This document shows, one piece after another, positions 59,186 to 64,000 of a stretch of 64,000 nt of DNA. The notes beneath the pieces are model-generated. The model did no database searches, was not told the DNA's origin, and saw nothing but the letters and a program-made list of their open reading frames with translations. The first letter of the stretch is position 1. Every line of letters begins with the position of its first letter. Made by a program: the position numbers and the translations under genes. The stretch lies in NCBI GenBank assembly GCA_964549395.1, contig CAZJVY010000001.1:59990-123989 (forward strand), in the 5' to 3' direction. The DNA is from an uncultured Armatimonadia bacterium. Its GTDB lineage: Bacteria > Armatimonadota > Zipacnadia > Zipacnadales > UBA11051.

Positions 59186-60289
59186 CTACTCCTTGAGCTC
59201 TAACTGGACGTCGTCGTAGTAGGTTGTACCTTTGCCCGCGCTGCGCAGATAGAGGTATTTCCGGTTTGCGCCGGGCTTCATCGTGAACTCCCACCGGAAA
59301 GGCGTCCAGTCGCCGGCAGGAGTCAATAGATGGTGCTCGTACTGGATGTCCTGGCCGCCCTGCAGCGTGTAGAGCGTGACCCCCGCGTTTGTCGCGTCGC
59401 TCCTGTAGTAGCCGGAGATGACGTAGGTCCTACCGTCCTCCAGTGGCGGTTCCTGGCGGGCAAGCAGGGAGAGATTGCCTGCTATCCCGATGATGCGTAG
59501 TGCGCGGCCTGTACGTCCCGCGCCCTCAGCGGATGAGAACTCGTATTCCGTGTCAGACGAGAGCGACCAGGCATCGGCGTACCAGTGCTTGGCCGTACCG
59601 TTCGCCGCCACCTCCTCGAAATCGCCGTTCTTCAGCAGGGGGCTTGTGTCGAAGGCGAGACGCAGTGCAAGGGTGTTGGATGTGGGTGCGGCATCCGGCA
59701 CGAGCACCTCAACCACATGCTTGTCACGGGCCAGATTGCCGAGGCTGATGGTGATGTCGGCGTGTCGGCCGTCCTTGCTCCGGCTTACCCTGAATGAGCC
59801 GCCGCGTGCCTCGGGCGCTCTGTCGTCAATCAGCGCTGCGGCACGGCCAACCGCGATGGGATTGGCTTCATCTGCCACTGTGACAACGATGCTGGTCGGA
59901 ATTCCCGCGACATGGCCGATGTCGGTCGTTCCAGAAACAGGTTCAACGGCCTTGCCGCCAACACTGAGAGCGCTGACAACGGGCGGATCGGCATCCGGGA
60001 GCGTAAGCCACTGTGGCCTGTCGAGGATGATTACGCACTTGCCCAGCGCATCATCGGGCACAGAGAATGCAATGCCGGCGGCATCCTGGCGTACTGCCAG
60101 GGGCTGCCAGTTGCCCTGCGTGTCCAGGTATGCCGGCTGATGAACGGTTTCCCCGTTCAGGATTTGAACCTGCATCGGCGCCCGGCATGTGAGGTTGAGG
60201 GACCGGAGGGAGTAATCGTCCGCGGCCCACGAAAGGCTTGACGCCATCAGCGCCCATATAACGGCCGGCCTCATGCAGAATCGCTTCAT
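59186..60289 (-). CDS. Secreted Ig-like + CBM-like protein, paralog D
   Basis: Same architecture (RPQWLTLPDADPP; PLLKNGDFE; TYVISGYY; WTPFRWE; YYDDVQLELKE). Confidence 0.75.
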   Translation of the reverse strand: MKRFCMRPAVIWALMASSLSWAADDYSLRSLNLTCRAPMQVQILNGETVHQPAYLDTQGNWQPLAVRQDAAGIAFSVPDDALGKCVIILDRPQWLTLPDADPPVVSALSVGGKAVEPVSGTTDIGHVAGIPTSIVVTVADEANPIAVGRAAALIDDRAPEARGGSFRVSRSKDGRHADITISLGNLARDKHVVEVLVPDAAPTSNTLALRLAFDTSPLLKNGDFEEVAANGTAKHWYADAWSLSSDTEYEFSSAEGAGRTGRALRIIGIAGNLSLLARQEPPLEDGRTYVISGYYRSDATNAGVTLYTLQGGQDIQYEHHLLTPAGDWTPFRWEFTMKPGANRKYLYLRSAGKGTTYYDDVQLELKE

Positions 60290-60374
60290 GACAGTCACCA
60301 TCCTCCGGCCCGGCTGCGGAACGCGATTCGCCGGTGTCTGAATTCGTCCCATGTCGAACGGTCGGCAGATGAGA

Positions 60375-62258
60375 CTACCCGGCCGGCTCAGGCTCCGGCA
60401 TCGGCACAAACCGCTGCAGACATTCGGCGTGCCGCTGGCGCAATCCCTCAAAGACACTTTCTCTGGAGTATATCAGGAGCATCTCGACGGGATTTGCGGC
60501 GGCGTTGAACTTCACCGTCGAATCCTTAATATCGGCCGGGATGTCGGGCAGGCCGCCGGGGAAGCGCATCCGCACAACCCCTGCCGCCTTCATGAAGGAC
60601 GGCAGCCGCACGCGTACTGCTGCGGCCGGTGTCTCGGCGCGAATGAACTGCTCGGGCGTGGACTGGAAGTCCTTGTTGACGAGAATGACCACCATAGCCT
60701 TGTCGCCGCACAGGATGCAACTGCTCAGATAGTTGCCGCCGTCCACAAGCGGCTCGCCGACGGGAATACCGATGGAGGTGAGGGGCAGCACCTGTTGGAG
60801 GATGCCGTTGACCTCGCCGACGGCGTTCCACATCTTGGGATGCTTGAGCAGGCCGTTAGTGCCGTGGGCCGGGTACCATTGCAGCGACTTGGCGCCGGAC
60901 GCCAGTGCCGTGTACACCTCAATGCGCATCTCGTCGGGATCGAACTCACGCTCTTTGTTAGCGCAGTAGCCGTCATTCAGGTAGTAGAAGGGCCTGGGAC
61001 GGCTCGCCGCCTGGGTGTTCAGGACGTGGTCCTGCGTCGGCTCGATTATCCCGCGTCCGAGCGCATAGGCGTGGGCGCAGATGTAGTCGGGTATCTGCCC
61101 GTAGACGTAGAGGTTGCGCGGGTAGCCGCCGTGGTCTATCTGAAGATAGGTGGGGTGCGCCAGGTCGAATATGCGGCAGAACTGATTGGCCCGCTCCACA
61201 TCGCGTGAGATGGAGAGCCTCGGCAGGTCGGTGTTATGGTAACGACCGTCAGGCTCATCCTCCAGGAAATAGGCCCACAGTGCTTCCTGTTCCTTGATTG
61301 GCGCGACTTGCTCCACGTTGTCGTAATAGACAGGCTCTCGCTTCTTCTCGCCGGGCTTGAGGCTGCGGCCGTAGATATATGCGCCGCCGAGGCCGTACTT
61401 GCTGAGCATCGGATATGAAGTGGCGGGCACTGCCGTGAAGGCGATGGTCGCATCGAACAGGTGATTGGCGTATTGCTGAAGCTCGCTCTCATGGTTGTTG
61501 CCCATGATCCCCAGCGGGGCAGGTGAGGGCAGGGCCCGTATCAGTACTGCCCGCAGATCGTCGGCTGTGCCGATGGCGACGGCGTGGAAGCTACCCTTCT
61601 GCCAGGAGTCTTGCAGCTTGACCTGTGCATAGGTGTATCCGGAGAAGACGGTATGGATATCTGCTTCCGCACTCCGACCATCAAGCTCCACACGCAAGAT
61701 GTCCATATCAGCACCTGCCTGGCTGCGGGTATATATGTGCAGCTCGTCCAGATTCTCGCCGATGCCGACGTACTCAAGCGTGAAAGACGGTTCGGACATG
61801 CTCACCACAGCGGTGAGTGGTTCCTGACCGGCCGCGGTGAGTGACACTTCATGTTGCGCCGCCTCGCAGGCCGTAGAATCGAGGCGCAGTATCACCTCTG
61901 CGATGCCGCCTGCAGGTACGGGATTGGGATAGACGCGGTACCATGCCACCAGGTCGTTTTCAACGGGAATGTACTGATCCCTCACGTCCGGCTGCAGGAA
62001 GCTCTCGTCGGTTTTCCATACCTTGCCGATGGATTTGCCGTCCAGTGCGATGTCGGTGATCGCCAAGGGAGCATTCGTCGTGTTCTTGAGGTACACGAAG
62101 ATGCTGCCTGCGTACTCAACCGCATCGGGTACGTAGTAGGCGGTATAGATGGCCCCCGTCCCACTTGAGACTGCCACACAGGAGCTTACGGAGAGCACGC
62201 CCACCACAGCCACCAGTTGGACAATGAACTTCCTTCCCTTATGCGACACGCCAAACAC
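60375..62258 (-). CDS. Secreted/lipoprotein with N-terminal beta-rich domains and a putative glycoside-hydrolase-like barrel, paralog E
   Basis: Signal with VSSC lipobox-like site; WAYFLEDEPDG, PDYICAHAY, GAKSLQWY motifs; paralog of the next gene. Confidence 0.6.
   Translation of the reverse strand: MFGVSHKGRKFIVQLVAVVGVLSVSSCVAVSSGTGAIYTAYYVPDAVEYAGSIFVYLKNTTNAPLAITDIALDGKSIGKVWKTDESFLQPDVRDQYIPVENDLVAWYRVYPNPVPAGGIAEVILRLDSTACEAAQHEVSLTAAGQEPLTAVVSMSEPSFTLEYVGIGENLDELHIYTRSQAGADMDILRVELDGRSAEADIHTVFSGYTYAQVKLQDSWQKGSFHAVAIGTADDLRAVLIRALPSPAPLGIMGNNHESELQQYANHLFDATIAFTAVPATSYPMLSKYGLGGAYIYGRSLKPGEKKREPVYYDNVEQVAPIKEQEALWAYFLEDEPDGRYHNTDLPRLSISRDVERANQFCRIFDLAHPTYLQIDHGGYPRNLYVYGQIPDYICAHAYALGRGIIEPTQDHVLNTQAASRPRPFYYLNDGYCANKEREFDPDEMRIEVYTALASGAKSLQWYPAHGTNGLLKHPKMWNAVGEVNGILQQVLPLTSIGIPVGEPLVDGGNYLSSCILCGDKAMVVILVNKDFQSTPEQFIRAETPAAAVRVRLPSFMKAAGVVRMRFPGGLPDIPADIKDSTVKFNAAANPVEMLLIYSRESVFEGLRQRHAECLQRFVPMPEPEPAG
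61672..61754. repeat. 83-bp exact direct repeat, copy 1 (copy 2 at 63603-63685)
   Basis: Identical run CTCCGACC...TCCAGATT inside the near-identical N-terminal halves of paralogs E and F. Confidence 0.9.
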
Positions 62259-62299
62259 CTACCTTTGAATATGTTGTAGCGACTGGCACGACCATGCAT

Positions 62300-64000
62300 T
62301 CAGGCATTGTCATCAGGTTCGGGCATGGGCACAAAGCGCTGCAGGCAGCCTTCCCGCGTGTTGCGCATCTCCTGCAGAACCGCGTCATCGGTATATATGA
62401 CCAGAATCTTGCCCGCCTGAACCTGCGTAGTGAACGCGACGGTTGAACTGGCGATATCTGCCTCAATCTGTACCGTTTCTTCTGGGAAGTTCGCCTCTGC
62501 TACGCCTACGGCCTGCATGAAACTCGGTAGCCGGACGCGGACATTGGCGGTCGCCGGGTTGAGTGTGAAGCTCTGGGCATCGGCAGTGAAGTCCTGGTTG
62601 ACCAGCACTACAACCACGGCATTGTCACCGCACAGGATGGCGCTGCCGAGCAGGTTGCCCCCGTCAATGCGTGGGGCACCCAGCGGCACTCCGACCGACA
62701 CCAGCGGCAGCACCTGATGCAGCACCCCATTCATGGCGCCGACTGCATTCCACATCTTGGGATGCTTAAGGAGGCCGCTGTTACCGTGGGCCGGATACCA
62801 CTGCAATGACTTGGCCCCCTCAGCGAGGGCGGTATGAACCTCCAGGCGCATCTCGAGGGGGTCAAAGTCGCGGGTGTCCTGACGGGCGCAGTAGCCACAG
62901 TTGAGATAGTAGAACGGGTGCGGACGCGCGGCGTTGCGGGTGTGGAAGACATGGTCCTGGGTTGCGGTGATAACCTTGGGGCCGCCGAGCGCGTACGCAT
63001 GGGTGCAGATGTAGTCAGGTATCTGCCCGTAGATGTAGAGGTTGCGCGGGTAGCCGCCGTGGTCTATCTGTAGATAAGTCGGGTGCGCCGGGTCGAATAT
63101 GCGGCAGAATTGGTTGGCGCGCTCCACATCACGGGATATAGAGTGACGATGGAGAACCGTGCGGTGGTATCGGCCATCCGGCTCGTCTTCAAGGAAGTAC
63201 GCCCAGAGGGAGGGCAGGTCCTTGATCTGCTCCAGCGCCTCAGGTTGATCGTAGTAGACCGGTTCCTTCTTCTTCTCTTCCTCCGGCTTCAGGTAGCGGC
63301 GGTAGATGTATGCTCCGCGCAGACCGAACTTCTCCAGCCGCTCGTAGGTCTCGGGCGAGGCCGGGCCGAACGCGATGTTGGCGTCGAACAGATGGGTTCG
63401 GTACTCTTCCAGAACGCGCTCCTGCGTGTTGCCCATGATGGCCAGCGGCGCAGGTGATGGCAGCGCCCGTATGAGCACTGCCCGCAGATCGTCGGCTGTC
63501 CCAATAGCGACGGCGTGGAAGCTGCCCTTCTGCCAAGGGTTTTGCAGCTTGACCTGTGCATAGGTATATCCGGAGAAGACAGTGTGGATATCAGCTTCCG
63601 CGCTCCGACCATCAAGCTCCACACGCAAGATGTCCATATCAGCACCTGCCTGGCTGCGGGTATATATGTGCAGCTCGTCCAGATTGGCGCCGATGCCGAC
63701 GTATTCAACAGTGAAAGATGGCTCGGACATGCTCACCACGGCGGTGAGTGATTCCTGACCGGCCGCGGTGAGTGATACCTCATGCTGCGCTACCTCACAA
63801 GCCGTGGAATCGAGCCGCAGTATCACCTCCGCAATGCCGCCTGCAGGTATGGGATTGGGGTAGACGCGGTACCATGCCACCAGACTATTCTCGACGCAGA
63901 TGTACTGATCTCTCACGTCCGGCAACAGGAAGCTCTCGTCGGTCTTCCATATCTTGCCGATGGATTTGTCGTCGAGTGCGATGTCGGTAATCGTCAAAGG
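62300..64000 (-). CDS. Putative glycoside-hydrolase-like protein, paralog F (5'-truncated at window edge)
   Basis: Colinear with paralog E along its whole length; frame open to the window edge. Confidence 0.6.
   Translation of the reverse strand, partial: PLTITDIALDDKSIGKIWKTDESFLLPDVRDQYICVENSLVAWYRVYPNPIPAGGIAEVILRLDSTACEVAQHEVSLTAAGQESLTAVVSMSEPSFTVEYVGIGANLDELHIYTRSQAGADMDILRVELDGRSAEADIHTVFSGYTYAQVKLQNPWQKGSFHAVAIGTADDLRAVLIRALPSPAPLAIMGNTQERVLEEYRTHLFDANIAFGPASPETYERLEKFGLRGAYIYRRYLKPEEEKKKEPVYYDQPEALEQIKDLPSLWAYFLEDEPDGRYHRTVLHRHSISRDVERANQFCRIFDPAHPTYLQIDHGGYPRNLYIYGQIPDYICTHAYALGGPKVITATQDHVFHTRNAARPHPFYYLNCGYCARQDTRDFDPLEMRLEVHTALAEGAKSLQWYPAHGNSGLLKHPKMWNAVGAMNGVLHQVLPLVSVGVPLGAPRIDGGNLLGSAILCGDNAVVVVLVNQDFTADAQSFTLNPATANVRVRLPSFMQAVGVAEANFPEETVQIEADIASSTVAFTTQVQAGKILVIYTDDAVLQEMRNTREGCLQRFVPMPEPDDNA
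63603..63685. repeat. 83-bp exact direct repeat, copy 2
   Basis: Identical to 61672-61754. Confidence 0.9.

Overview
High-GC bacterial chromosomal window, almost fully coding. It carries Firmicutes-like gene orders (atp-murA-mreB/mbl; ftsE-ftsX-M23-ctpA; dxr-rseP-ispG-proS; a SigH orthologue; glyQS). A Terrabacteria lineage such as Armatimonadota is my inference, not something I could test. In order: the 3' part of the F1Fo ATP synthase operon (atpE partial, F, H, A, G, D, C), murA, mreB-like; then on the minus strand mutS, a creatininase-family gene, a DUF1638-hydantoinase fusion, an FGGY kinase, an atypical GT4 and an M48 lipoprotein; ftsEX with two tandem M23 peptidases, ctpA and a LysM-G5 protein; ispA-ispH-ptb; a cluster of catabolic and unknown genes including a Thr-type sulfatase-like enzyme; an MFS transporter; dxr-rseP-ispG-proS-amrB; a strong promoter followed by a structured 6S-like RNA candidate, then cvpA-DUF4342-sigH; glyQ-glyS-dgt; a polysaccharide deacetylase, an oxidoreductase and an M42 peptidase. 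The last 11 kb (53-64 kb) is an accessory region with four paralogous secreted Ig-like+CBM proteins lacking a catalytic domain and two tandem glycoside-hydrolase-like paralogs, interrupted by a membrane-bound spermidine-synthase-like gene and tRNA-Ala(CGC). No CRISPR array, transposase or integrase was seen. All family assignments come from motif recognition by eye; no database searches were run.
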